In this document: positions 18,885 through 31,066 of the stretch, in pieces
Position numbering within the stretch: position 1 is the first letter of the stretch
Layout: each line of letters opens with the position of its first letter
Assembly: GCA_965248575.1 (NCBI GenBank)
Contig: CBDFJQ010000002.1
Span: 320,001 to 384,000, forward strand
DNA from: Planctomycetota bacterium
Lineage (GTDB): Bacteria; Planctomycetota; B15-G4
Length of the DNA stretch: 64,000 nt
Direction: 5' to 3'
Notes under the pieces: generated by a model
The model's database searches: none
Told to the model about the DNA's origin: nothing
The model's input: the letters and a program-made list of their open reading frames with translations, nothing else
Made by a program: the position numbers and the translations under genes

Positions 18885-20837
18885 CTAGTCGTCCTCGGCT
18901 TCCAGGGCCTTCAAGGCTTCGTCAAAATCGGGGACTTCTGAAACGGGAACCCATTCCTTGTCCCACTTCTCGGTGGGGTCGGTGAGTTCGCCGCTCTCAG
19001 GATCCACGTAGCGGAAGGTCTGGAAGATCCAATCCCCTGCCTGAACCACGCCTGCCTCGATGAGTTCCTCGACATCTGAAGTCGAGAGGTCCGTCAGCTG
19101 CTCGGGCTCCTCTTCGCCCTCGACGAAGGTCGGCTGGACAATCCACACCCGCTCGTCGAGTTCCTTCAGCCGCTCGGCCTCTTCGGCGGCCCGATGCTTG
19201 CGAGCCCTGGCCGGTTCGATTTCAGCCACCAGCAGGTCGACGGCGGCTTTGGCGATGAGATTGCGGGGGGCGAGGGCCCCAGCGGTCTCTGCCATGGACA
19301 GCGCCTGGTCGAGGTCCTGGATCTCGCTGTCCGCCAGCAGGATGCGCCCACTCTCGATGTAGTTGGCCGGCTCGATGGGGTCCAGCTCGATGGCGCGCTG
19401 GATCATGTCCCAGGCCCGCTCGAGGTCGGGCTCGCGCACACGAAGACCGGGCATGCCGCCCTCGCGCAGCATTTGGGCGTATTCGCGGAAGCAAGCCGGG
19501 ATGGTGACATCCAGCTGCACCGCCTTCTCGTAGTACTCGAGGGAGTTCTCGATGCCCTCCTCGGTGACGGTACCGAAGCCGCGCGCCAAGCGGGCGGCTC
19601 GATAGTAGGCGGGGCCCGTGAGATCGCCGTAGGCCTGGGCAGTGAATTCGTGCCACTCCGCCTCCAGGTCTTCGAGGGATGTGCCCAGGGTGTCCTCAAG
19701 GGATTCGAGCACACTGTCGAGGTCGGGCTCCGTCAGCACGATGGAGTACTCCTTGCCAGCGATGAGCGTTGCACCTGACCTGTTGCGGACCTCGATGTCC
19801 TTGTTCTCCGGGAGCTTCGCGAAGAACTTGCGGAAGGAGCTGGAGTACTTCTTTGTCTCCATGAGGAAGTGCACGAAGGACCAACCGTAGGCGTAGTGGC
19901 GGCCTCCGTAGCCTGACTGCTCGATGGTCAGCACTTCGCTCAGCGGGATGACATTGCCCTTCTCTCTGTCGGTTCGCAGCGTCGCGATGCGACCGTACTG
20001 CAGGCCGCCCACGATGAACTCGCCGTCTTCCCCGATCTTCGCGCTGCCGTAGTACTCCGCCATGCCCTCGTTCATCCAGGTGGGGTAGCGGAAGTTGGGG
20101 TCGATGAGGTGCGTGAGGAGATGGTTGCCCTCGTGATAGAGGACTGAAATCGTGTACTCCGGTTCCGTGCTGCTGTGGAACAGGTGCAGCTCGCCCAGCA
20201 CCCAGTTGAAGAAACCCAGCACGCCGGGGCGCGAGTCCGTGATGGACAGGAAGTCGTCGTAGTTCCGATAGAGGAAGAACTTGCGCTTCTCCTTCTTCAT
20301 GCTCGGCTTGAGTTTGATGGACCAGTGATCCATGAAGTTCTTGTAGTAGCCCTCGAGTCGCGTGGAGTACTCGTCGAGGATTTCCTCAGGACAGTTGGAC
20401 TTGATCTCGAAGTGCGCTGTTTCGAGTTCCTTTGCGTAGTGCCACTTTTGTTCCCGACGCAGCTTGTCGATGGCGTCCTTGTCCGCCTTCTTGCGCTTGT
20501 TGAGTTCTGACTCGCGGCGCGTCCGGCTCATCCAACGACCCTCGAACAACACCCAACCCTTCTTCAGGTATTGCTCCTCCTTGGAGTTCTTGGGAACGTA
20601 GTTCTCAAGGTCCTCCTCGAAGGTCTTGTCGATGAGGTCTTGATGGATCGGGATGTCCACTCCCGCCAAGCGGATCAGCACGTAGCTGGCGTCTTCCGAT
20701 TCCAGCAATTGGCCCTCGATCAGGCGCCCGTCTTTGAGCAGGACCTTGTCGAAGGCGGCGTGGGCGGGGCTCGTGAGGAAGGCGATCGCCATCCAGGAGA
20801 CGCTCAACAGTGCCAGTATGCGTTGGGGCCGGGTCAT
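18885..20837 (-). CDS. Exported gluzincin-type (DUF1570-like) protein with TPR-like repeats
   Basis: Signal peptide ending AHA, YHEGNH...WMNEGMAEY, Y..GWSFVHFL and C-terminal helical repeats. GAGGAG RBS. Confidence 0.85.
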   Translation of the reverse strand: MTRPQRILALLSVSWMAIAFLTSPAHAAFDKVLLKDGRLIEGQLLESEDASYVLIRLAGVDIPIHQDLIDKTFEEDLENYVPKNSKEEQYLKKGWVLFEGRWMSRTRRESELNKRKKADKDAIDKLRREQKWHYAKELETAHFEIKSNCPEEILDEYSTRLEGYYKNFMDHWSIKLKPSMKKEKRKFFLYRNYDDFLSITDSRPGVLGFFNWVLGELHLFHSSTEPEYTISVLYHEGNHLLTHLIDPNFRYPTWMNEGMAEYYGSAKIGEDGEFIVGGLQYGRIATLRTDREKGNVIPLSEVLTIEQSGYGGRHYAYGWSFVHFLMETKKYSSSFRKFFAKLPENKDIEVRNRSGATLIAGKEYSIVLTEPDLDSVLESLEDTLGTSLEDLEAEWHEFTAQAYGDLTGPAYYRAARLARGFGTVTEEGIENSLEYYEKAVQLDVTIPACFREYAQMLREGGMPGLRVREPDLERAWDMIQRAIELDPIEPANYIESGRILLADSEIQDLDQALSMAETAGALAPRNLIAKAAVDLLVAEIEPARARKHRAAEEAERLKELDERVWIVQPTFVEGEEEPEQLTDLSTSDVEELIEAGVVQAGDWIFQTFRYVDPESGELTDPTEKWDKEWVPVSEVPDFDEALKALEAEDD

Positions 20838-21208
20838 GTTCGCGATGCTCCTCGTCAGGCCAACGGGGGACGGGTGTTCGGGCTGGGCAGCAGGTTGGGG
20901 ACTCTTTTCCTAGCTCTGATCCAGCGAGGATTTCGAGCGTCCTGACGTGATTTGGCCGTCCCCACCGTGCGGGCCCTTTCAGAATCGGGACGCCATGGTA
21001 CCGCACTGCGCGCAGCAATCACGAGCGGGCTCAGCTGCCTGGCATCGCCCACAAGACGGGCCCGCAGAGGCAGCGTTTGTTCACATCTTGGACACCACGC
21101 TGGCCTCCAGATGCAGTTAGGATGACAGGACACGGGGGTGGATGGTCCGCCATCGATCGATCGATCGAATCCGTGTGTTGTCTACGTTGACCTGCAGGAG
21201 GCCGAGGC

Positions 21209-22189
21209 ATGATGTCACTCGTTCTCGCCAGCTGCCTGAGCGTCGCCGCGATGATTCCCATGGTTCCGGGCGACAACGTCGTCCCCGCCGAGGGAGATCC
21301 CGCGCCGAATTTCGAAGGGAAATGGATGTCCTACAAGGACTCCTCCCTCTCGGAGCTTGAAGGCCGTCTGGTGTTCATTGAATTCTGGCGAACTTGGTGA
21401 GGCCCTTGTAAGTCACAGGTCCCGCATCTGAACGAACTCTGGGAAGAGTATCGAGATGAAGGGCTTGTGGTCGTTGGCGTGACCAACGAATCGAAGAGCT
21501 TGGTCGAGAAAGCGGTCAGCAAGAATCGGATGAAGTTTCCGGTCGCCATGGTCAAGACGCCCGAGGAGTCCGCGTACGGAATCCGCGGTTTCCCTTCGTC
21601 CTATCTGCTGGATGTCGACGGCACCATTCTCTGGAAGGGCCACCCGGGTGCTTTCGAGTCGTCCTATGGCCGGGCGCAACTCGAGCAGGACCTGAAGCGC
21701 ACCTCGGTTGTGCCTCCCGCACCAGAGGGTCGAGAGAAGGCTCTGTCCAAGTATGTGGACAAAGGCGACTTCGGTCGGGCCTACCAGGCCGCGACAGGCG
21801 TGCTTTCCAAGGAGCCTGAAGACGAACCGCTGAAGATGTTCGTGAAGTCCATCGAGGACATTGTCGAGGCTCGCAACCGAGAGGCCAAGCTGGCTGAAGA
21901 TGATGGGGCGTACGCGAAGGCGCTCGCGCTCTACACCGGCTTGTCCAATCAGTTTGCTGGTGTACCCGGTGCAGAAGAGGCCGGGACGTTTGCCAAGGAG
22001 CTCGCCTCCAACAAGGAGGCCAAGGACGATCTCGCGGCCGCGAAGAAGTGGGACTCGGCCATGGCCAGTTGGCGAAAAGGCGACTTCGACAAGGCGTTGA
22101 AGAGCGTGTCATCCATTGCTCGCAAGTATGAGGACACGGCAACGGGTGAGCGGGCCATGGACATGCTGTCTCGTCACGGCGATTCGTGA
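21209..22189 (+). CDS. TlpA/thioredoxin-like selenoprotein (UGA = Sec at 21398-21400) with helical C-terminal domain, 326 aa
   Basis: Track ORFs 21209-21400 and 21467-22189 are in the same frame. Read-through gives LEGRLVFIEFWRTW-U-GPCKSQVPHLNELWEEYRDEGLVVVGV...YGIRGFPSSYLLDVDG, a complete TlpA fold with UxxC and cis-Pro. Confidence 0.88.
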
Positions 22190-22480
22190 TGGGACGGGCA
22201 GGCTTGCCCAGGTAGACAGGGACGCACCGCCACGGTGCGTTGCTCATGATGAGAGGGTCGGTGCGCGGATCGCGTGCACCGGCCCTCCGCCATTTTCGGG
22301 CCCGTTGCCCGGCCCGGCGGGGGAGACGGCGAGCCAGGCGGCACAGAAAAGTCGCACCTTGAAGCGCCTCTTCGTGCTTATGATGCCCGCGCTGGACCCC
22401 GAAAGCGTGGTGGGACACGCTTCAAGGGACGAACCACTCGACCAAACGGTGCGGACTGTCTGATTGAGGAGGATCGTGCT

Positions 22481-25400
22481 GTGGCAGCTTGGATGAAAGG
22501 GGCCCTGGCCCTTGTGGCCCTCGGGGCCGTCGTTGGATTGGCCCTGTTCCTCGGCTCGAGCGAGCCCGGGGACGATGTCTCAGATTCGGGTGTTGCCGCC
22601 GTCACGGAGGGCGGGTCCGGCGCCGGGGATCGAGCTGGAATGGAGCTCCCAGAAGGAGTCTCCTCCGAAGCGACGAGCTTGGCACCGAAAGCCGTCGAGG
22701 CTCTCGACGTCGCCGCAGGCTCACCGGAGGCTGACCCCAGCTCAGGGAATGCACAGCTTGCCAGTGCTGCGCCTCAGGTCACGCTGAAGGGGCGGGTCGT
22801 GGATGTGGGCGGGAGCGCCATCGCCAACGCACGTGTGGTCTTTCATGGTCAAAGTGTGATTCTGGGGCGTGGCCCGGGTCGCGGTTCCTCGGAGATCACC
22901 CTGGAAGCTCCTCCCGAAGTGCGCACGAACGCACAGGGCGGCTTCCAGCTCACGGTGGACGTGCCCAGCCAGGAAACCGACGAGAACCTGCCGAACTTCT
23001 TGCGCGGAGGGGCGCAGCTCGCGGCCGCGCACGAGGCCTTCACCACCCTGATCACCGAGACGCCCAACCTGATCGAGGGAGAGACGGACCTCGGCACCCT
23101 GGTCATGTCGGCTGGAACTCAGGTCGTCGGCCGGGTGGTCGATGAGGCTGGGCGGGCCGTGGCAGACGCTCGGGTGTCGGGCCGCCACGTGGATGACTCT
23201 TCACGCGGCGGTCGCGGCTTCATGCGCTTCTTCTCCAGTCGCGTCGTGTCGCAGTACAGCTCTTTCGTCACGGGCACGGACGGCCGCTTCCTGCTGACAG
23301 GTTTGCCGCCCGGGGCAGCGGAGCTCACGGCAGAAGCCGACGGACAGCAGATCGGCGTCCTGAGTGACCTGGAGCTCGTGCTGGGGAACACCCAGGACGT
23401 TGGCGACGTGCAGCTGCTGGCGGGGGAGATGATCGCCGGCTATGTGACGGACGGCTCAGGGGCGCCTGTTGAAGGTGCCCAGATCAACGTCAGCAGCATG
23501 GCACGCATCGTCTTGCGCAGCGCGGAGGACATGCCACGCCAGCAGATCGGGCAGGAGATGCGGCTGCGCGCCGAGACGGATGTTGACGGTTACTTCGAGA
23601 TGCGCGGTCTTGGCGAGGGCCAGTACACGGTGCATGTGAACGCCGACGGTTTCGCGCGCTCGTCCACGGAGAACATTCCGACCGGCACCCGGGACTTTTC
23701 GGTATCACTTTCTTCGCTCGGTGAACTCCTGGTGACGGTGAGGAGTTCCACCACCCGTGAAGCGATCCAGGGCGCGGTCCTCGATGCGACGGTGCGCAAC
23801 GATCGTCCGTTCGGATGGGGCGGCGATGCCATGGAGGTCCTGGAATCCGAGGATGTTCCTGGCGAATACACCGTCTTGGGGGCAGGCCCCACCGGGACGA
23901 GCCTCGTGGTGGGTGCCGAAGGCTTCGCCACCCTGGAAATCGACGCACCCGCCGTGGACGACGGAGGCCAGCAGCGCTTCTTCGTCGACCTTGTTCCGGA
24001 GTCCGTCATCGCCGGTCAGGTGGTTGGCGCTGACGGACGAGGCATCGCGGACGCACGTGTGCGCATCAGTGCATACACGCCTCCCGCTGTGGATCACGGC
24101 CATGGTCGGTTCCAGGTAGATCGCCAAGTTCGACGCCGGATCGGCGGTGGCGAGGAAACCAACCCCATGTTGGAGGCGACGCGCACCTCCACGGATGCAA
24201 CGGGAGCCTTCGAACTACGGGGTGTGCCCGCAGGGGATTGGGAACTCACGGCCAGCGCTCTGGATTTCGTCGCTTCACAGCCAGAGGTGCTCAGCGTCGA
24301 TATCGGCCAGGTGCAAGACGATGTGACCATCCAGCTGGAGGTCGGAGGTGCTGTCATTGGTCGCGTTGTGGACTCGGATGGCCTGCCTGTCAGCAAGGTG
24401 ACGGTCCTGGTGTCCGCCAAGCAGCCGGCTGGAGGCGGCGGTGCCGGAGATGTCGAGAGTCGCTTGGATGCCCTGCTGGGTTCGATGGAGGGTGACAGCC
24501 AGGAGCGGGCGACCACGGATGCTGACGGTGAGTTCGAAGTGCGCTCTCTCAACCCAGGCCTCTACGAGGTGCAGCTGAACAAGCAGCAAGGCATGCGCTT
24601 CGGAGGAGCGATGGTGTTCGTGGGCGACAGCGTCCAGGGAAGCGGCAACCCGGACGATGTCCATGTGACCGAAGTCCTCGCGGGAGAGGAGAGCTTCGTC
24701 GAGTTGGTCCAGAAGCCTCTTTCCACCTTGGAAGGCCGCGTGCTCGCAGGTGGCGAGCCTGTCGAGGTCGTGCTGGTGTCGCTCAACGAGGCGGATTCCT
24801 TCTTGCCCTTCGGTGGGCAGCAAGTGGAGACGGATCGCTTCGGGCGCTTCATCTTCGAGGACGTGGAACCCGGCAACTACAAGCTCTCCACAGTGGTCCC
24901 TGGGGCAGCCTTGCCCGAAACCCAGGAAGTGAGCCTGGAATCAGGGCAGACCGCCAACGCTGACCTCGTCTTCCAGGGCGCAACGCTGCGCGGGCGCGTC
25001 GTGGATTCCGAGTCGGGACAGGGGGCCGCGGACGTCACCATCACCGTGAGCCCGGTGGAGCAGGCCAGCGAGGCGCAGCCCCAGACCAACATGAGCTTCC
25101 AGGTCGTGATGGTCGAGAGCAGCGGCGGCGGCCGGGGTGGCGGGGGCATGTCCATGCAGATGGGTGGCGGCCCGCAGTCCAAGGTGCGCACCAACGCCAA
25201 TGGTGACTTCGAAGTGCGTTTCCTGAAGCCCGGCAGGTACGGCGTCGAGACACTCGGCGGTGCGTACGTCCAGGGTGAGGCAGGGCCGTTCGAGGTGGAG
25301 GAAGGGCGAACCCTGGATGACATCACCATCGAAGTGGACCGCGGTGCCAGCATCACCGGCATGGTGGTTTCCGGAGAGACGGGTCAGCCCTTGTCGGGTG

Positions 25401-25600
25401 CTCCTGTCGCGCTCCAGTCGGCGGGCTCCAACGAGATGACCATGGCCGAAGACGGCCGGTTCTCTTTCGAGGGCTTGGACGCAGGGGACTACACCATCGA
25501 GGTGATGGGCAGTGGCTTTGGCGGTCCGCCCGTTGCTTCCCAAGCCGTGACGCTGGAGGTGGGCGAGCTGCGTGAACTGGACCTCACCACGGACGGCTAG
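22481..25600 (+). CDS. Membrane-anchored protein with multiple carboxypeptidase-regulatory-like (transthyretin-like) repeats
   Basis: N-terminal TM helix and repeated G.VVD..G..V..A.V...TD.DG.F...GL..G.Y units. GTG 22481 follows GAGGAGG. Confidence 0.85.
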   Translation: MAAWMKGALALVALGAVVGLALFLGSSEPGDDVSDSGVAAVTEGGSGAGDRAGMELPEGVSSEATSLAPKAVEALDVAAGSPEADPSSGNAQLASAAPQVTLKGRVVDVGGSAIANARVVFHGQSVILGRGPGRGSSEITLEAPPEVRTNAQGGFQLTVDVPSQETDENLPNFLRGGAQLAAAHEAFTTLITETPNLIEGETDLGTLVMSAGTQVVGRVVDEAGRAVADARVSGRHVDDSSRGGRGFMRFFSSRVVSQYSSFVTGTDGRFLLTGLPPGAAELTAEADGQQIGVLSDLELVLGNTQDVGDVQLLAGEMIAGYVTDGSGAPVEGAQINVSSMARIVLRSAEDMPRQQIGQEMRLRAETDVDGYFEMRGLGEGQYTVHVNADGFARSSTENIPTGTRDFSVSLSSLGELLVTVRSSTTREAIQGAVLDATVRNDRPFGWGGDAMEVLESEDVPGEYTVLGAGPTGTSLVVGAEGFATLEIDAPAVDDGGQQRFFVDLVPESVIAGQVVGADGRGIADARVRISAYTPPAVDHGHGRFQVDRQVRRRIGGGEETNPMLEATRTSTDATGAFELRGVPAGDWELTASALDFVASQPEVLSVDIGQVQDDVTIQLEVGGAVIGRVVDSDGLPVSKVTVLVSAKQPAGGGGAGDVESRLDALLGSMEGDSQERATTDADGEFEVRSLNPGLYEVQLNKQQGMRFGGAMVFVGDSVQGSGNPDDVHVTEVLAGEESFVELVQKPLSTLEGRVLAGGEPVEVVLVSLNEADSFLPFGGQQVETDRFGRFIFEDVEPGNYKLSTVVPGAALPETQEVSLESGQTANADLVFQGATLRGRVVDSESGQGAADVTITVSPVEQASEAQPQTNMSFQVVMVESSGGGRGGGGMSMQMGGGPQSKVRTNANGDFEVRFLKPGRYGVETLGGAYVQGEAGPFEVEEGRTLDDITIEVDRGASITGMVVSGETGQPLSGAPVALQSAGSNEMTMAEDGRFSFEGLDAGDYTIEVMGSGFGGPPVASQAVTLEVGELRELDLTTDG

Positions 25601-25674
25601 GGTCAGCACCGGAGCTCTTGAGCCAGTCCCTGATGCCCCTTTCGATCGAGCATCAGGGGCTGGGTCGGCTCAAC

Positions 25675-26808
25675 CTAGCTCTGCGATTCGCCGTTGCTCT
25701 TGTTCTTGGGGTTCTCGAACCAAGGCGTGCCCGTCAGGACCAGGCAGTTGGCGCACACGTCGGCATACTCGCCCTTGAACATCTGCCGCCGGAACTCCTG
25801 GTACTTGGCCCCATTCCAGATGGCGTCGAAGGACTGCTCGAGGACGTTGCCCATTTCGAGCTCTTCGGGGCCACGGCAGCATGGGAAGACCTTGCCGTCC
25901 GGCGTGACCTTCACATAGTTCATGGCCATGTTGCAGAAGCCAGGTGCCATGGGCCCCAGGCTTTCCATGTGCACCTCACGCACGGTGGTCAAGGGGGCCT
26001 TGGTGGGGCGATTCTCCTGAGGCGTGCCGTATTCCCCACCATGGGGTGAGTGCAGCTGGAGGGTCAGGTCCACGTTGCGCGCTTCGGCGCGCTGCTTGAC
26101 CAGGGCAACCATCTCCGAGAACTCTTCTTCGGAGACCCGACCTTCGAGCGACAGCTCGTCGTAGCCGGTGGAGTTGGGGAGCAGTTCCTGCATGGCGAGG
26201 GTCTCGCCGCCCAGGTCCGCGACGAAGTCGACGAGCTCGGGCATGTGCCGCCAGTTGGGTTCCATGACAACGGCGTTGAAGCCGATCTCGACCTGATGTT
26301 CCCGGGCCAAGGGCATGATCTCCTGGATGTTCGAGACGACCTTCTCGAAGTGGGAGTTCACGCGCAGGCTCTCGAACACCTCCTTGTGGGGAGAGTCGAT
26401 GGAGAACCAGATGCGGTGCGTCCAGCGTGCGATCTTGAGGAAGCGGGCCTGGCCGAGCAGCGTCGCGTTGCAGTACATCGAGAGCAACACGTCGTGCTCT
26501 TCGCAGAGGCGAATGATCTCGTCGAGATCATTCATCATGGGCTCGGAGGCATCGGAGGGGGTGAGATGCAGCGCATAGGGCAGGATCTGCCCGAGCGCCT
26601 CTCGTGCCTGCTCGACCGGCATGTGCTTCTCGGGAATGCCGTCGGCCTGGTGGCACATGACGCACAGCAGGTTGCAGTGGTTGTTGAAGCCGAACTCCAC
26701 CTCCGTGGGGCGGCTTTGCCACTCCAGGCGTTCCAAGCCGAGGTCCTGGGCCAGGTGGAGGATGTTCGCGCTTTCGCGCGTCGTCTTGGCTGCTCGTTCG
26801 GACGTCAT
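25675..26808 (-). CDS. Radical SAM protein with SPASM/Twitch domain
   Basis: CNLLCVMC (CxxxCxxC), SIDS, and C-terminal C...DGKVFPCC...GN...IWNG...CANC. Confidence 0.92.
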   Translation of the reverse strand: MTSERAAKTTRESANILHLAQDLGLERLEWQSRPTEVEFGFNNHCNLLCVMCHQADGIPEKHMPVEQAREALGQILPYALHLTPSDASEPMMNDLDEIIRLCEEHDVLLSMYCNATLLGQARFLKIARWTHRIWFSIDSPHKEVFESLRVNSHFEKVVSNIQEIMPLAREHQVEIGFNAVVMEPNWRHMPELVDFVADLGGETLAMQELLPNSTGYDELSLEGRVSEEEFSEMVALVKQRAEARNVDLTLQLHSPHGGEYGTPQENRPTKAPLTTVREVHMESLGPMAPGFCNMAMNYVKVTPDGKVFPCCRGPEELEMGNVLEQSFDAIWNGAKYQEFRRQMFKGEYADVCANCLVLTGTPWFENPKNKSNGESQS

Positions 26809-26949
26809 AGGTCGTCGGACTTGCGTCCGGTCACACGTGAGGGGGACATCTACCCACATAGGGGGGGCCTAGGGGGACCGCACAGGTTAGCCGGTGATGG
26901 CCCCAGGGTGTGCTCCGGATCAGCGGAGCGCGTGCCCTCTTTCGGCAGA

Positions 26950-27282
26950 TCAGTCCTTGGACTTCTGATCGAGAGGCTTCTTGGCATCGCCTGACTTGGG
27001 CGTCGCCTTCGAGTCGGCCCCGGGCTGCTTGTCCTTCTTGGCTGAGGACTCCTTCTTTTCCGGAGCGTCGGTGCCGGATTCCGAGCCCTTCTTGGACTTC
27101 TTCTTGTAGTCGGTCTCGTAGAACCCGGAGCCCTTGAAGACAACCCCGGCGCCGATCCCGAATTGCCGCTCCAGACCGCGCCGCTCGCACTCTGGGCACT
27201 TTTTCAGCAGGGCGTCGTTGATGCCCTGGAAGTGCTCGAAGGTGTGGTCGCAGAACTTGCAGACGTAGTCATACGTCGGCAT
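26950..27282 (-). CDS. FmdB-family zinc-ribbon protein
   Basis: MPTYDYVCKFC...CPEC...FKGSGFYETDY followed by a Lys-rich tail. True start is 27282. Confidence 0.92.
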   Translation of the reverse strand: MPTYDYVCKFCDHTFEHFQGINDALLKKCPECERRGLERQFGIGAGVVFKGSGFYETDYKKKSKKGSESGTDAPEKKESSAKKDKQPGADSKATPKSGDAKKPLDQKSKD

Positions 27283-27943
27283 TGGGAGCGTCCTCGGGCG
27301 TCGGGGGTTGCTGGCCGTCCGGGCTGCCATCGGCGTCGGCGACCGGCTTGGTGGCCACCGTGACCTGGGATTCCCGCAGCAGGCGATCGTGCAGGCGGTA
27401 GCCGCGCACCAGCTCCACCACGATGGTGCCGGGCTCTTGCTCGTTCGTGGGCTGCTGCAGCAAGGCTTGATGCGCCGACGGATCGAAGGGGGTGCCGGGG
27501 CCCGCATCGATGGGCGTGACCCCGTTCGCGCCCAGGGCAGCCACGAGGATCTGCGCGGTCATCTCGAGCCCTTCCCAGACCTTCTCGTCCTCGGCGTTCT
27601 GTCCGTCTTCGGCAGCCGGCTTCGACTCCAGGGCCCGCTGCAGGGAGTCCAGCACCGGAAGCAGCGACTTGATCAAGCTGGAAGAGCCGTGCTTCCGAGC
27701 CTCCTCAACATCGAGGCGTGCACGGCGACGGACGTTCTCGGTTTCTGCGCGCGTGCGCATCCAGCGGTCCGTCATCTCCCCCAGCTGCTCCTCGGGCGTC
27801 AGCTCGGGGTCCTCGTCTGCGGTCTCGCCCGAAGCCTGTTCGGCTTCGTCGCTGGCTCCACCCTGCGCGGCCTTTTGCTCGGAGGCATCAGGTTCCGAGG
27901 GCGTCTCAGACTTGGACTTCTTGGCTTTTTCCCGCTTGCTCAT
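27269..27943 (-). CDS. grpE: Nucleotide exchange factor GrpE
   Basis: Motifs AETENVRRR, LLPVLDSL, FDPSAHQA and GYRLHDRLLR. Confidence 0.95.
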   Translation of the reverse strand: MSKREKAKKSKSETPSEPDASEQKAAQGGASDEAEQASGETADEDPELTPEEQLGEMTDRWMRTRAETENVRRRARLDVEEARKHGSSSLIKSLLPVLDSLQRALESKPAAEDGQNAEDEKVWEGLEMTAQILVAALGANGVTPIDAGPGTPFDPSAHQALLQQPTNEQEPGTIVVELVRGYRLHDRLLRESQVTVATKPVADADGSPDGQQPPTPEDAPNADV

Positions 27944-27975
27944 GATTCGGCTCGACGTTGCATGGCCACGGAGGG

Positions 27976-29130
27976 TCAGTCGAAGAGGTCCTTCACTTTT
28001 TCGAAGAAGGACTTCTGGGTGGAGTTTGAGGCGGAACCTTCGATCTCGCGCAGCTCTTCGATGAGTTCCTTCTCGCGAGAGTCCAGCTTCTTGGGCGTGC
28101 TGAGCTGCACGTGCACGAGCAGGTCACCGTTGCCGTAGCCCCGCACCGAGGGCATGCCCTGTCCACGCATGCGCAGCACGCTTCCACTCTGCGTGCCGCC
28201 GGGGATCTTCAGGGTCTTGGCGCCCTCGAGCGTTGGGATGTCCACCTGGCTGCCCAGGGCAAGCTGCGGATAGGTGACGGGCACCTCACAGCGCAGGTTC
28301 TCACCCTCGCGCTCGAAGAAGGCGTGCTCCTCGACCTGCACGACACAGTAGAGGTCGCCTCGCGGACCGCCCCGATCACCGGGCTCGCCCTCGCCTGCAA
28401 GGCGCAGTTGCTGCCCCGTTTCGATGCCGGCCGGGACGCGAATCTCGATGTCGGCGTCCTTGGTGACGACGCCTTGCCCGCTGCACGGTGAGCAGGGGGA
28501 TTTGACGATGTTGCCCGACCCCCGACAGCTGGGGCAGGCCGACTGGGTCATGAAGAATCCCTGCTGGCGCTGCACCTGGCCGCGGCCACCGCAGGTGGAG
28601 CAGGTCTCTGGCTGGGTGCCCGGCTCGGCGCCGCTGCCAGAGCAGGTGTCGCAAGGCTCGTGGCGCTGGATCGTGAGGGTCTTGGTGGTGCCGGTGAAGG
28701 CTTCCTTGAGCGTGATCTGAACCATCACGCGCAGGTGGCTGCCTTGGCGCGGGCCCTGGGAACGACGGCCGCCGCCCCCGAAGAGGCCCTCGAACATCGA
28801 GTCCAGACCGCCGCCGCCGCCGCCGCCGCCGCCACCGCCACCGAAGAAGGACTCGAAGATGTCCCGGGCGTGCTGGGAGCTCGCGCCGCCGAATCCCTGT
28901 CCGCGCAATCCGTCGTGACCATATTGGTCGTAGACCTTGCGCTTCTCGGAATCCGAGAGGACCTCGTAGGCCTCGGACACCTCCTTGAACTGCTCTGCCG
29001 CCTTCTCGTCGCCCTTGTTCCGGTCCGGATGGAACTTGAGCGCGAGCTTGCGGTAGGCCTTCTTCAGGTCCGCATCCGAGATGTCCCGTGAGACACCGAG
29101 GATCTCGTAGTAATCCCGGGTTGCGGCCAT
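27976..29130 (-). CDS. dnaJ: Chaperone DnaJ
   Basis: J-domain with HPD, G/F region, four CxxCxGxG repeats and C-terminal domain. Confidence 0.97.
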   Translation of the reverse strand: MAATRDYYEILGVSRDISDADLKKAYRKLALKFHPDRNKGDEKAAEQFKEVSEAYEVLSDSEKRKVYDQYGHDGLRGQGFGGASSQHARDIFESFFGGGGGGGGGGGGLDSMFEGLFGGGGRRSQGPRQGSHLRVMVQITLKEAFTGTTKTLTIQRHEPCDTCSGSGAEPGTQPETCSTCGGRGQVQRQQGFFMTQSACPSCRGSGNIVKSPCSPCSGQGVVTKDADIEIRVPAGIETGQQLRLAGEGEPGDRGGPRGDLYCVVQVEEHAFFEREGENLRCEVPVTYPQLALGSQVDIPTLEGAKTLKIPGGTQSGSVLRMRGQGMPSVRGYGNGDLLVHVQLSTPKKLDSREKELIEELREIEGSASNSTQKSFFEKVKDLFD

Positions 29131-29134
29131 GCGA

Positions 29135-30775
<1,641 letters not shown>

Positions 30776-31066
30776 TCAGTCGCAGCGCGCGAGAATCTCG
30801 TTCTCGCGCATGATCTTGTATTCGGTGTCACCGATGGTGACATCGGTGCCTGCGTAGCGACCGAAGATGACTTCGTCGCCCTTCTTCACGCTCATGGGAG
30901 CGCGCTTGCCGTTCTTCAGGCTGCGTCCCTTGCCCAGCGCTGCGATCTTGCCGCGCTGCGGCTTCTCCTTCGCGGACTCGGGGAGAACGATGCCGCCGGC
31001 GGTGACTTCTTCGGCGTCCAGGACCTGGATCACGACGCGATCGTCGAGTGGCTTGATGGTGGTCAT
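30776..31066 (-). CDS. groS: Co-chaperonin GroES
   Basis: IKPLDDRVV...TAGGIVLP...AKEKP...VKKGDEV...YAGT. Confidence 0.98.
   Translation of the reverse strand: MTTIKPLDDRVVIQVLDAEEVTAGGIVLPESAKEKPQRGKIAALGKGRSLKNGKRAPMSVKKGDEVIFGRYAGTDVTIGDTEYKIMRENEILARCD

Noticed and set aside
21209..21400. Separate 63-aa and 240-aa genes, or a nonsense pseudogene
   Set aside because: The stop falls exactly on the redox Cys position and both halves are otherwise intact, so Sec read-through is the simpler explanation.
26851..26866. NrdR-box-like 16-mer upstream of the radical SAM gene
   Set aside because: It is a single copy, mismatches a core position, and has no partner box at the expected spacing.
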